Positions 21,701 to 28,492 of a stretch of 64,000 bases of DNA are shown piece by piece. The notes below the pieces were generated by a model. That model searched no databases, had not been told where the DNA came from, and was given only the letters and a program-made list of their open reading frames with translations. The stretch covers positions 12,687-76,686 of the forward strand of contig JAFQUP010000118.1 of assembly GCA_017408405.1 (NCBI GenBank), in the 5' to 3' direction. How positions within the stretch are numbered: the stretch's first letter is position 1; each line of letters begins with the position of its first letter. The DNA comes from Thermoguttaceae bacterium. Its GTDB lineage: Bacteria; Planctomycetota; Planctomycetia; Pirellulales; Thermoguttaceae. The translations under genes and the position numbers were made by a program.

Positions 21701-23989
21701 AAAACTTTTCCCCAAATCCAACCCGGAGCAAATCTCATTTTCTCCATATTTAACATTCAGAACCACGCCGTCAGAATCTTTCGGAACGGTCAATTTACCG
21801 GAAATCACGATGGAATCCTCTGCCACAATATGTTCCACATCGGCAAAAGAAGAATCCGCGGCATCTTTTTCAATCTTAACGTCTGTCCAGAAATCCACAT
21901 TCGCCAACCGCAAATACGTCAAATCAAACGTCAAAGAGCAGGTTTTACCCACCGCGTTCTCTGCCGTAACGGTAATTTTGGTAGAGAATTTCTCTCCTTC
22001 CGCGGGCGTCTTATGGAATTTGAAAGCCAAAATTCCCGAACCGGAAACTACGGGCGTAACCAACGCGGAATCCGCCGCGGACGTCTTAAACGTTAAACCC
22101 GCATCGTAAGAGAAAAGTGAATAAAGATCAATTACTTTCGAAGTATTGTCTCCTGAATACTTCTGCGTGAAACCTTCTTCCTGAAGCTCCTCTCCTTCCT
22201 CCGTCAATTCAAGAGTTTCCGCGAAATAAATCAGACACGTCTTTTTTGAGGAATTGCCAGCAGCGTCCAAGACAGTGAAAATGACCGAATTCAAACCACC
22301 CGCCAGTTCCAATTCATAAGTCAAACTTCCTTCTTCCTTCGGTGTCGCGGTTTTTCCGTTCAACGTGCAGGAAACGGATGTTCCCGAAGCGTCTTTCGGT
22401 TTGGCGGTAAGCGTCACGGTCCCTTTTTCCGTGAGCATCGCGTCATACTGTTCTTTATTTTCGTAGTTAAAATTAGGTGAGTATCCTTCAATTTCCAATG
22501 CGGGAGCCGTTTTGTCCACCGTGACACTGATTTCAACCTTCACCTCGCCATAAACGTTTCCGGCCAGGTCAGTCACCGTAATTGACAGCGTATGTTCCCC
22601 TTCCGTCAGCTTTGTCGGGATTTCAACGTCTTTGACCGTGACTTTTCCATCGCTGCCTTCCGTCAGCATCGATTTCTCGATCCGCGTCCTGGCAACCTCA
22701 TTCCCTTTTTCATCCGCGATCCTGACATAAAGCCCCTCTTCCGCCTTTTCCAGAGCTTCCGTCAGTGATTTCAGCGTCGCGCCATCCGCGGGTTTCGTGG
22801 AGACAACGACCGTAAATTCCTCTGATTTCACGTAATAAACGCCGTCATCTTTATTTGCCGTAACGCCCTTGACGCTCGCGCTGTCCGCTATCAATTCCGG
22901 CTCAGCCAGATCAATGAAAAGAGAATAAATGTTCGATTTCATCGTGTGTTCCGGATCACTCCAGAGTTCCATCTGAATATTTCCGTCACAGACCAGCTCT
23001 TCGGGGAACGAAAGGGTAAAACTCTCATCTTCAGCAATTTCATATTCAAGAGTTACCGTGTCTTTTTCATCCGCTTTATTCGTTAAAACGCATGAACCGG
23101 ATTCTCGCAAATCAAGTTTACCGGAGTAAATATTTCCCTCCGCGTCCGTCCACGTCAAAAGCGCGTCCTGCGCCTCTGTCTTGCCGGAAAGAACCAATGC
23201 TTCCGATTCCGTCGTGACGAAAGAGTATTTCTGACCGGAAACCTTTTCCGGAATCGTCCCATTTACCTCAAAATCATGAATTACGGGAACCGTCGTGATC
23301 TCCTGCGTTAAAATCAGCTGAGAGGAAAAATTGGGAGCAATGACCGTATCAAACGTATTCTGCGAGATTTTCCCGCTGCCGTCCACATCATAAATCGCGT
23401 CAAAATGATTCCCTGAAATATCCACTCCGTAAATATTCTTAAACACGGAAATGAAACGATTATTCACCCCGTGCCCTTTCTGAACCTCGCCGAACAGCGT
23501 ATGGTATTCTTCCGCGGAAAATTCTCCATTTCCGTCAAGGTCGCCGACAATCGTAAACAAAACGTTAAAGGCCGGATCGTTGCCGTCTCCCGAATCCGTT
23601 TTCTCTCCCAACTGAAAAACATATGTTTCACCAAGAGAATACTTCGCGAGAATAGACGCGACACCGTTCTCCACTTTTGAACTAAGAATCGATACTTCTT
23701 TATCTTCCGAATCCCAAATACTCAGATCTTCCGGATTAAACTCACCACCATCAGCCGCCGCGACACTCAAAATGACATAGCGGTCTGACGTATCCTCCGG
23801 ATCCAGTTTGTTCCCAAGAACTGCCTGAAACTGATTTGAATCCACCAAATTATCCGAACTGAACCCAACAGCGGAAAGAAGCTGACGGGATTCAAGAGAC
23901 TCCAGCGTCGGTTTGCGAGTCTCATTCACTTTACGATTGGAATGACGAGATGAAAAAAAACGAAAAGTACTTTTTTTGTTCGAGGACAT
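12713..23989 (-). CDS. giant repetitive extracellular protein, 3,758 aa (Ig-like super-repeats, EF-hand/dockerin-like loops)
   Basis: Single uninterrupted ORF. VDxTAP ... DAAGN Ig-like unit boundaries recur throughout. The N-terminus carries LESLESRQLLSA after a basic stretch. See findings. Confidence 0.95.
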   Translation of the reverse strand: MSSNKKSTFRFFSSRHSNRKVNETRKPTLESLESRQLLSAVGFSSDNLVDSNQFQAVLGNKLDPEDTSDRYVILSVAAADGGEFNPEDLSIWDSEDKEVSILSSKVENGVASILAKYSLGETYVFQLGEKTDSGDGNDPAFNVLFTIVGDLDGNGEFSAEEYHTLFGEVQKGHGVNNRFISVFKNIYGVDISGNHFDAIYDVDGSGKISQNTFDTVIAPNFSSQLILTQEITTVPVIHDFEVNGTIPEKVSGQKYSFVTTESEALVLSGKTEAQDALLTWTDAEGNIYSGKLDLRESGSCVLTNKADEKDTVTLEYEIAEDESFTLSFPEELVCDGNIQMELWSDPEHTMKSNIYSLFIDLAEPELIADSASVKGVTANKDDGVYYVKSEEFTVVVSTKPADGATLKSLTEALEKAEEGLYVRIADEKGNEVARTRIEKSMLTEGSDGKVTVKDVEIPTKLTEGEHTLSITVTDLAGNVYGEVKVEISVTVDKTAPALEIEGYSPNFNYENKEQYDAMLTEKGTVTLTAKPKDASGTSVSCTLNGKTATPKEEGSLTYELELAGGLNSVIFTVLDAAGNSSKKTCLIYFAETLELTEEGEELQEEGFTQKYSGDNTSKVIDLYSLFSYDAGLTFKTSAADSALVTPVVSGSGILAFKFHKTPAEGEKFSTKITVTAENAVGKTCSLTFDLTYLRLANVDFWTDVKIEKDAADSSFADVEHIVAEDSIVISGKLTVPKDSDGVVLNVKYGENEICSGLDLGKSFEKENIKYEYDSEAGTFTLTLQDLDDGEYVIQAQDASLDETLVQELSVWVDTVKPGVTPSISLPSTAVTENPKFTVKTTGALNSQDLQTGARLLIYVSKTDGSEMKLYASADYDSSTLAFGELKYDSKVNLSEGVWFFTSKVLDAAGNETMGNSLTVTFDKTAPVVSIPKYEENYHFEDNEKFDSMKADSPEFQLAVSVTDISSVTMVCTQNGNEIAASSQDGSDYVFDFTLKSGINEILFTVTDSAGQKTTKLCRVYCEEGVKLTEAGEELQKNGFTQEYSAEQEKYAVIDLTQMFNYGNNLSFKVTSSNASVARVAVDEKGVLSFTYPTTPEYGQKLTSEITVEAENTLGSKAELTFALTFVRYAELLKNVTIENDYSEDSLAEVKHIIRQNTLKMSGKLELPEGQESAFLTIQRDSEVIFSEIDLTQSQTLEGLEYVYDSENGTFTLTLLEVADGLFSFGVFTDGAEGSAQEIPVIVDTKKPEISVGVSLPEYSQTPPEVSLTLPESVELNQQDASQGVWIEVIIENAEGDQAVYARAKYDVSSGTIGELEYSRANIFDGSYVLFAQTIDAAGNTTRGSNSVSLILDSLKPQIQVEGYSPNYHLENKEEFDSMLVKKQSLDLSVEITDENPDSLLCSVNEKEVEGTLNEDGTVSFTLILEEGLNTILFTAVDKAGNSRTQTCLVIWEDVPELTEAGLLLQENGFFQAAGEDPSVNKTLDLKLLFDYEGELEFTAESQSPTLIQTEISDSGILSFRYPAELEQDERIEAEIEVTAQTVHGTSASLVFVVTYLNDETAPQWVEVIVKDDLADDSLANRNEEEPVLKHIVAQDTISVTGKLFDVSEIENATLTILKGGEPILSNVDLLTGKSEEAWTYSIQENSGAFTFSISGLDDGVYLFCVCGKDALGNESSMDSGNFQSLEILVETEAPSVTAEMTLVQTGSSQTSVNKNPEFVLSASGAPSEIDARNGVWAQIYVSDTNGGNKVLYAQAKYDALEGEFGELEYFLTETLGDGNWLFSIQTVNAAGLSTFTEESQKTIKVDSAAPIIDGMGYVEDYDSSDYGKYSMKGTAFDSMYLTEEFAPDGKYDLGIYAKNDATAVFDVSILHVLTGESVKTDGLSEIPLLYGRNEISVTAVDESGNESTRVFIIYLNDTPTLTSYGKELEENGFYQLANSSGPNKNIPLNNCLTDFKALEFSNLKNVTGNTDEIEPYLLAQNIAFNYFKEPEGENGTISAEIQVTATDEFGETVTLTFMVYYVLDSIPPQLKELELEGSPNLNPDVLATAKNEILLSGELYDLAGIEQAELDIILNEESDDALMILDSIDLQKNSSGKTENGWNYEYSFTENEQGTGGEFTLRIFGEEGEAVSEGLYSCYVAGKDKIGNDSIEDTETSEQKFLILVDRVAPELSAEMELVKTGTGESRVNSNPAFTIKLTDAQPEEYGTWVQIILVSSEVVDGEEKTTESVYAQGIVKNGNCEMIWPEEELAEGKWNFRIQTIDAAGNVHQMEGIQEITVDRTPPTFVVFSMNHADDSLADGTWFTTDKNLRIFFTPSETEVILWYSRSSELTDPVRYDSSVGIDLEYGKNSLYFWLEDAAGNKTPSEEMRLLQFTYDSRPVIVENTQGLTDVYFDFPDENTEEMDSWTWTMTLSQDELLAMVTDEDLESGDQLSYSLDLVLAEDLPNGILTMDVKEDGEGNFVLSFTTESIQDLRGANKLGTISFVVKDKNGLSPEDPERLLTFDIFKKALPLEIVGDSISVPQNESGNYVFEMDSIFSDPQNNEWIVTQYEIWVNGEKADGVTLSEDGRSILWTPNSGKYGNITIKAAAANVDMEGNILEGTETSVQDVAGTVEWSGYALILKENANIELKEGDGEFSERLLNYLELSNSMDSDLVWGDYSISVSGQAFSIEEENAQVHGFVLNEDGSRKESYSSLFADGPMISENGENLVFALNENAYGTVDLKVIYSWIQDGESKTADCLIPFVVMNEKTEPYVKEAELNLPVGENGGSVDLLNGCSAGEDEGTLKADELKFDSVMEGFTAGFVPESSYFVIQNAEYTWYFDAEMKSGSIQTDAGAIENQDYLIFRMIQILDKNREEVKDAAVWNLLDGVWAKFSYSVTNTETEMSTGNFLTLTLAAAPFDLSATVERKNHESKVSADLLSRQKLDSEIWNVKSVDFSPEGSTSGAAAVRWENGEFIIPAGWYGTANFICSFENEKTNDIEQSKLTLSVPQTNVAPIWADGVETEIGVYEWNCARNLSGIYSLDLKPLIQDFDNSVLDFEMLTIPEEGTFEISEDGILTFTAPSADYLTEGLNFSVRASSSSVADDEAASDEFLFKLVIEDRAEAPEIQSMELASGNSVLKFAGKSKVNINVSSVSETNGTTQFQIAVSQEDGTILDTVMVKVFASGSENLSLSITGSGLTENENGWTAEIANFTDMSWTLTVTNSAGSDSQNLVVKADGTVTIIDESLNVKSVESALSKTLGVTAEVVETTEVDAEIAEGSLLKAGTVLKPDTKLSFNAYQSFSDQGSVWERKVDEGGKTVYYLKETLTLTGDLKIDANCENVTASVLGEGSILARETYLKTEVSCLIADISDIVTIYENYANDGDLLSMEIPAAEFENLEIKHMEIPAIPENHTIADIFWNSETGIMTVTYAPYQVDQDRSPITVQIVLESGEIVNYAVSMEYEKPFSLSWTLTNGSVASELEKLPSSVESIEAGKTYYLNVWFQCDLPVYSEDLAKFYELCVFGSIIEVSVNAEAVSGFSSDTMDQAIENDELLVNGSTFIAQEMSGADGKYFSLGQFKLVTTGNAGLEFTTRADGKGVSGSTDLSIGIAIPFKEQNSKEIGIGGTISSKQIVNQAAASIPLAEAVAPMSAVLPEVLLVSEDWAVIGSFAMEQADDSRLLSEFLLSDMDGMIELEEIETQAESSSVAVVSYFEGEPELLGCSTASATNILNENQLVKALASASAIQSAANALTDLVIEEVFSLNVEKEENIG
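17153..22519 (-). repeat. four tandem protein-level super-repeats (residues 491-920, 921-1350, 1351-1804, 1805-2279 of the giant ORF)
   Basis: The copies open colinearly with VDKTAPALEIEGYSPNFNYENKEQYDAM, FDKTAPVVSIPKYEENYHFEDNEKFDSM, LDSLKPQIQVEGYSPNYHLENKEEFDSM and VDSAAPIIDGMGYVEDYDSSDYGKYSM. Shared internal anchors follow in the same order. Confidence 0.85.
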
Positions 23990-24552
23990 TTTCTCTCACT
24001 TTCGGGAAAAACCCGGTTTCTGGTAACCTTTGAAACACGAAAAAACACTGGGGACTCGGAATCTTTTTATCTTCAAATTGACCTGAACAGAATCAAATCA
24101 ATCTGGCAGGTAAAACTGAACTTTTGGGAATCTCTCCTTCACTCCCGTTAAAATTCTGTTCCCGACCGCGCTTTCCGTGCGTGACAATCTATTTAATCAC
24201 ATGGCCTTTTCAGATGAAAATTCCTTTCAATCTGAATACTCCACTAAATATGCTCAATATTATTAATTAGTATACTCCGTCTTTTAAAAAGAATCGTCAA
24301 AATTTACCAAATTTCTCTAAAATTTCTCGATAATTCGGAAAATTTTCCCACTTGTCCCAATTTATCCACTAAAAAATGAGAAAATCTTCGACAAGAAAAA
24401 TTTTAACGCGAAATTTTGATTTAGCAGTTCAAAGAAAACTTCAAGAAAAGACAGCGCGACAAACCAATTTCAGATAAAAAAGAAACTCGCCATAAATATC
24501 TTTCAGAAAACCATCCTGATTTTTAATGCTTCCTCCTTCCCCGATACCCAAT

Positions 24553-24584
24553 AAAAAAACAGACGCGAAATAAATCACGTCTGT
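24553..24584 (-). terminator. intrinsic terminator after the EEP-family gene
   Basis: On the minus strand, an ACAGACG / CGTCTGT stem followed by T7. Confidence 0.65.
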
Positions 24585-24612
24585 CACTCTAACTGGTTTA
24601 ACGCGTCTTCAA

Positions 24613-25554
24613 CTATTTCCATTCAATGACCGCGTCAATCGGAAAATGATCCGAGGGATAAATCTCTTTTTTCTCGCGAATGATCTTGGCGGATTTGACT
24701 TTGGCATCACCGAGCATAAGAACATAATCGATCTTTTCAGAGAATTTTACATCGCGAAACCCATGAAAAGTCCGACCGCTCACCTCTGCCGAATTCACCG
24801 CCCGGAACGTATCAATCATCGCAATCGGACCTTTCACGTCCTCAGCCTGAATTTCAGCCTCTTCTCCGCGCAGATACTTAACTGCCTGGGATTTCTCACC
24901 ACAGTTAAAATCGCCAGTCAGAAACGCGATTTCCCCTTCCTTCACATTTTTCGCGATAAAATCGGCGATTTGAACCGCAGCCAACTGCCGGGCTTTTTCA
25001 CTCACATGGTCAAAATGGGAATTAATGAAATAAACAACATGCCCCGTACGCTTTCCATCTTTAAGCTCATGAAATTTTCCCCAAACGACCGTTCTTGGAC
25101 AGGCATTGCCCCAAGTAATGGACTGCGGGACGTCCGGCGTATCAGAGAGCCAGAAAACGCCCTGCTCTTTCTCGTCAATTTCCCAGCGATCCTTGCGCCA
25201 CATAATCGGCGTAGACTCACCTTCCGTCGTCGAAATCATACGCGAACGAGTCAAAAGACCATACTGCGGAAGAAGTTTTTTAAGGTCCTCAACCTGATTC
25301 AGATCCGGTTTCGCGGTAATAATCGCTTCCTGAACACCGACAAAATCGTAATTCCCTTTTTCAATAATCTCCGCGACGAAATCCCGGCGGTGCTTCCACT
25401 CCGTCGGTTTCCCAATTTCACCGTAACTTAATCGAATATTAAAAGAAAGAACACGAAGTTCACTCGCGTCATTCTGCGCGCGAACTGAATCAGCCACGTT
25501 CGCGCAAGTGAAAAGAAGTACCGCGAAAAACGCGAAAAAAGAAAATTTTTTCAT
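24613..25554 (-). CDS. secreted endonuclease/exonuclease/phosphatase (EEP) family protein
   Basis: Signal peptide MKKFSFFAFFAVLLFTCANVADS, then LRVLSFNIRL, GVQE, FLTGDFN and SDHFP, which are EEP-type motifs. GGAG ribosome-binding site. Confidence 0.85.
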   Translation of the reverse strand: MKKFSFFAFFAVLLFTCANVADSVRAQNDASELRVLSFNIRLSYGEIGKPTEWKHRRDFVAEIIEKGNYDFVGVQEAIITAKPDLNQVEDLKKLLPQYGLLTRSRMISTTEGESTPIMWRKDRWEIDEKEQGVFWLSDTPDVPQSITWGNACPRTVVWGKFHELKDGKRTGHVVYFINSHFDHVSEKARQLAAVQIADFIAKNVKEGEIAFLTGDFNCGEKSQAVKYLRGEEAEIQAEDVKGPIAMIDTFRAVNSAEVSGRTFHGFRDVKFSEKIDYVLMLGDAKVKSAKIIREKKEIYPSDHFPIDAVIEWK

Positions 25555-25950
25555 TGGTCTTACTCCATAAAATCAGGATGGGAAAATGGGAAAGTAAAGG
25601 CGGGAACCTAAAGGGCCTCCATTTGCTAATTATAGACAAAACTATTTTCTTTTCAAGAGGCTGACCCCGAATAAAAGTCAAAAAATTTCAAAAAACTGCT
25701 CTTGCGTTAAAAAGTTTTTTCGGATATACTTATTTAAAATTAAGTTTGGAGAATAATTCCGTGTCTTTTCAAGTTTCCGGGAAAATGAAAGATTCCCCTA
25801 AAAAGATTGGAAACCAGACTTTCAAAACACAAAACAGCGTATTCAAACCGCCTGGAAAAACTTAAAACCCGAAAACCTGACCCCAAAAGGACAGCAGTCG
25901 TGAAAAAGTATTTTCATTCTCAAGATTCAAGCGTGGCAAAAGGCGCCAAA

Positions 25951-26700
25951 ATGACGCAATTGGTGAGTTTCAGCGTCGTTTTGGCGTCTGCCATGCTTTT
26001 GAACGGCTGCAGTTCTTTTACCGCGAATAACTATAATGCGGAAGGGGTTCGGCTTTTGGCCGCGCAGCGTACCGAAGACGCTCTCAACTGTTTCGAGAAA
26101 GCGAAACAGGCCGACCCGGACAGTCCTGACGCCTACTACAATTCGGGAGTCGTTTATCATCAGCGCGCTATTGATACCGGACAGGAGCAGGATTTTCAAA
26201 TGGCAAAATACTGCTACGAACTCTGCCTTCAGAAAAATCCGGATCATATTGAATGCAATCGTTCGCTCGCGACGCTTTACTGCGATATCGGTCAGGACGA
26301 TCTTGCCTTTCGTCTGATTGAGGAATGGGTTGACCGTCAGCCAAATTCCGCTGAACCGAGAATTGAGCTGGCACGGCTTTACGATGAGCACAAGCAGCTT
26401 GGACGCGCTCGAGACTGTCTGAACGATGCCGTCGCAATCGACAATCGGAGTACTCGCGCGTACACTGCACTGGGAAGTGTTCGTGAAAGAATGGGGGACA
26501 GCGAAAACGCCCTTACCGCCTATGAACACGCGCTGGCACTTAACCCGTATCAGCCTGACGTTCAAAACCGTGTCGCCGCGCTGCGCTACTCCACGCCCGA
26601 ACCGTCCGTCGCGCCAATTCACTCCGTTCCGGAAAGCCTGGCTGACCCCGGAGAAAAAGAAATGCTCGCGACGGAACAGGAAGAGGGAGCAAGACGTTAA
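25951..26700 (+). CDS. TPR-repeat lipoprotein
   Basis: MTQLVSFSVVLASAMLLNGC lipobox followed by several TPR-like helices (AYYNSG, CYELCLQKNPDH, AYEHALALNPY). An alternative GTG start at 25900 has AAGGA upstream. Confidence 0.8.
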   Translation: MTQLVSFSVVLASAMLLNGCSSFTANNYNAEGVRLLAAQRTEDALNCFEKAKQADPDSPDAYYNSGVVYHQRAIDTGQEQDFQMAKYCYELCLQKNPDHIECNRSLATLYCDIGQDDLAFRLIEEWVDRQPNSAEPRIELARLYDEHKQLGRARDCLNDAVAIDNRSTRAYTALGSVRERMGDSENALTAYEHALALNPYQPDVQNRVAALRYSTPEPSVAPIHSVPESLADPGEKEMLATEQEEGARR

Positions 26701-26853
26701 AAACTCTGTTTTTGCGTAAATAACGCCATTAACCAAAACATCAAAAGGATGAAGATCACGAATTCTTCATCCTTTTTGTCTGAAATATCCAGAATAAAAA
26801 GGAGCAGCCGCGAAGCACGGCTTCACGGTCTCCATGATTCCTCAAATCTTTTA

Positions 26854-28218
26854 TTATCTTTGGATAATGTCCCACCCTTTTCGGTACTCATAGTCCGATT
26901 TCAGGAGCGCGTTTGCCTCTGGTGCGTTCGTGAATTCAAATTTCTGGAAATCCCAGTCAAGAGTTTTGTTTCCTGCTCGGTGCGCGGCATTCCCGAGCAG
27001 ATTATTCTCGATGAGTTTCCCTGAATAATCAAAATTGCAGAGCGATTCCGGACCGCCTTTAACCGCGTTGAAAAATTCAACATAGTGTCCGGGCGAATCA
27101 GGAAAGAACGGTTCATGCTTGAAATCTTTGAATTTCGATTGCGGCGAAAGCAATGTTTTTCCGTAATCCGCGACACAAACACCTTTTTCTCCAATAAATG
27201 CCGCGCCAATGAACCAGTCATTGATCACCGTATCGTCTCCAACCAGCGGCTGAAGCAGATCGCTGCGCCGCTTCATTCCCTCCGGACCATGATACCAGAC
27301 GAGTTTGATCGGACCGCCGGTAAACTCACTGCTCGTTTTGCGCGCTGGATGCTCCCAAGTAACCACCATCCAGGGCGGAGTAGCAACCGGGTCCGGATCC
27401 GGCGCTTCGCACGAAACTCGCGTCGGGCGTTCCAGCTCAAGTACCCAGAACGGAAGATCAATGAGATGACTTCCCATATCCCCAAGAACTCCCGTGCCAA
27501 AGTCCCAGCGGCGATGCCAGTTAAGGCAGCCTTTATTTACGTAGTCGATATTAAATGCTCTAACCGGAGCCGGACCAAGCCATTCATCCCAGGCGTAACC
27601 GTCAGGAATCGGCTGCTCCTCAAGAACTGCCGGACCAATCGGCGCAATCGTGCGCCCGCACCAGACATGAGCTTCCGTGACTTTACCAATGGCACCGGAA
27701 CGAACGTACTCAAGAGCCAGCCGGTAATTTCGCACAGCATGGATTTGGGTTCCCATCTGCGTAGCGATTTTCCCGCGGCGGGCACAGTATTCTTCCTGCA
27801 TGATCCGCGCTTCCTGAACTGTTCTGGCAAGCGGTTTTTCCGTATAGACGCTTTTCCCCTGACGCATGGCAGCCACCGACGCAAGAGCATGATGATGCTC
27901 CGCCGTCGAAACAAAAAACGCGTCAATTTTGTCATCGTCAATAAGCGTTCGCCAATCCACGGTCTTTTTCGCGTCCGGATACTTCTCACCGATCTTCTCA
28001 AGCGTTACGCGATTCGTATCGCAAAGCGCGTAAGTATTGTGCATTGAAGAACCGCCGCGATTCGCGGCTCCGCGTCCGCCGACTCCCAGAAAAGCAAGAT
28101 TTAATTTCTCATTCGGCGTATTCTCCCCGCGTACAATACCGGCAGGAAGAACCAGCGCACCTGCGCCAGTCAGGGCAGAAGATTTCAAAAAATTACGGCG
28201 TGTCGAATTTTTCAGCAT
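26854..28218 (-). CDS. Gfo/Idh/MocA-family oxidoreductase with Tat signal
   Basis: MLKNSTRRNFLKSSALTGAGALVLPAG, GVGGRGAAN and YTEKPLA. AAGGAG ribosome-binding site. Confidence 0.9.
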   Translation of the reverse strand: MLKNSTRRNFLKSSALTGAGALVLPAGIVRGENTPNEKLNLAFLGVGGRGAANRGGSSMHNTYALCDTNRVTLEKIGEKYPDAKKTVDWRTLIDDDKIDAFFVSTAEHHHALASVAAMRQGKSVYTEKPLARTVQEARIMQEEYCARRGKIATQMGTQIHAVRNYRLALEYVRSGAIGKVTEAHVWCGRTIAPIGPAVLEEQPIPDGYAWDEWLGPAPVRAFNIDYVNKGCLNWHRRWDFGTGVLGDMGSHLIDLPFWVLELERPTRVSCEAPDPDPVATPPWMVVTWEHPARKTSSEFTGGPIKLVWYHGPEGMKRRSDLLQPLVGDDTVINDWFIGAAFIGEKGVCVADYGKTLLSPQSKFKDFKHEPFFPDSPGHYVEFFNAVKGGPESLCNFDYSGKLIENNLLGNAAHRAGNKTLDWDFQKFEFTNAPEANALLKSDYEYRKGWDIIQR

Positions 28219-28492
28219 AAACGACTCCTTAAAAATGGCGGGACAGGCAGGCAGTAACGTTCCTGCGTTTCAAAATGCTTCTTTCGCGGCTTAAGCCCCG
28301 AAGCTTTCCCTCATTTTAAATGATGAAATTGAAAAAGTCAAGGATTCATTCCACGTTTTTCCATGAAATTCCTGATTTTTTTCAGAATTTATTCCAATTC
28401 TTTTTTCATCAGGAAGGAAAACCAGACTTCAAAAACATCCGTTTATTCCACCCAAACTCAGACTTCAGACCATTCAGCACTCCCCTGGCGGA

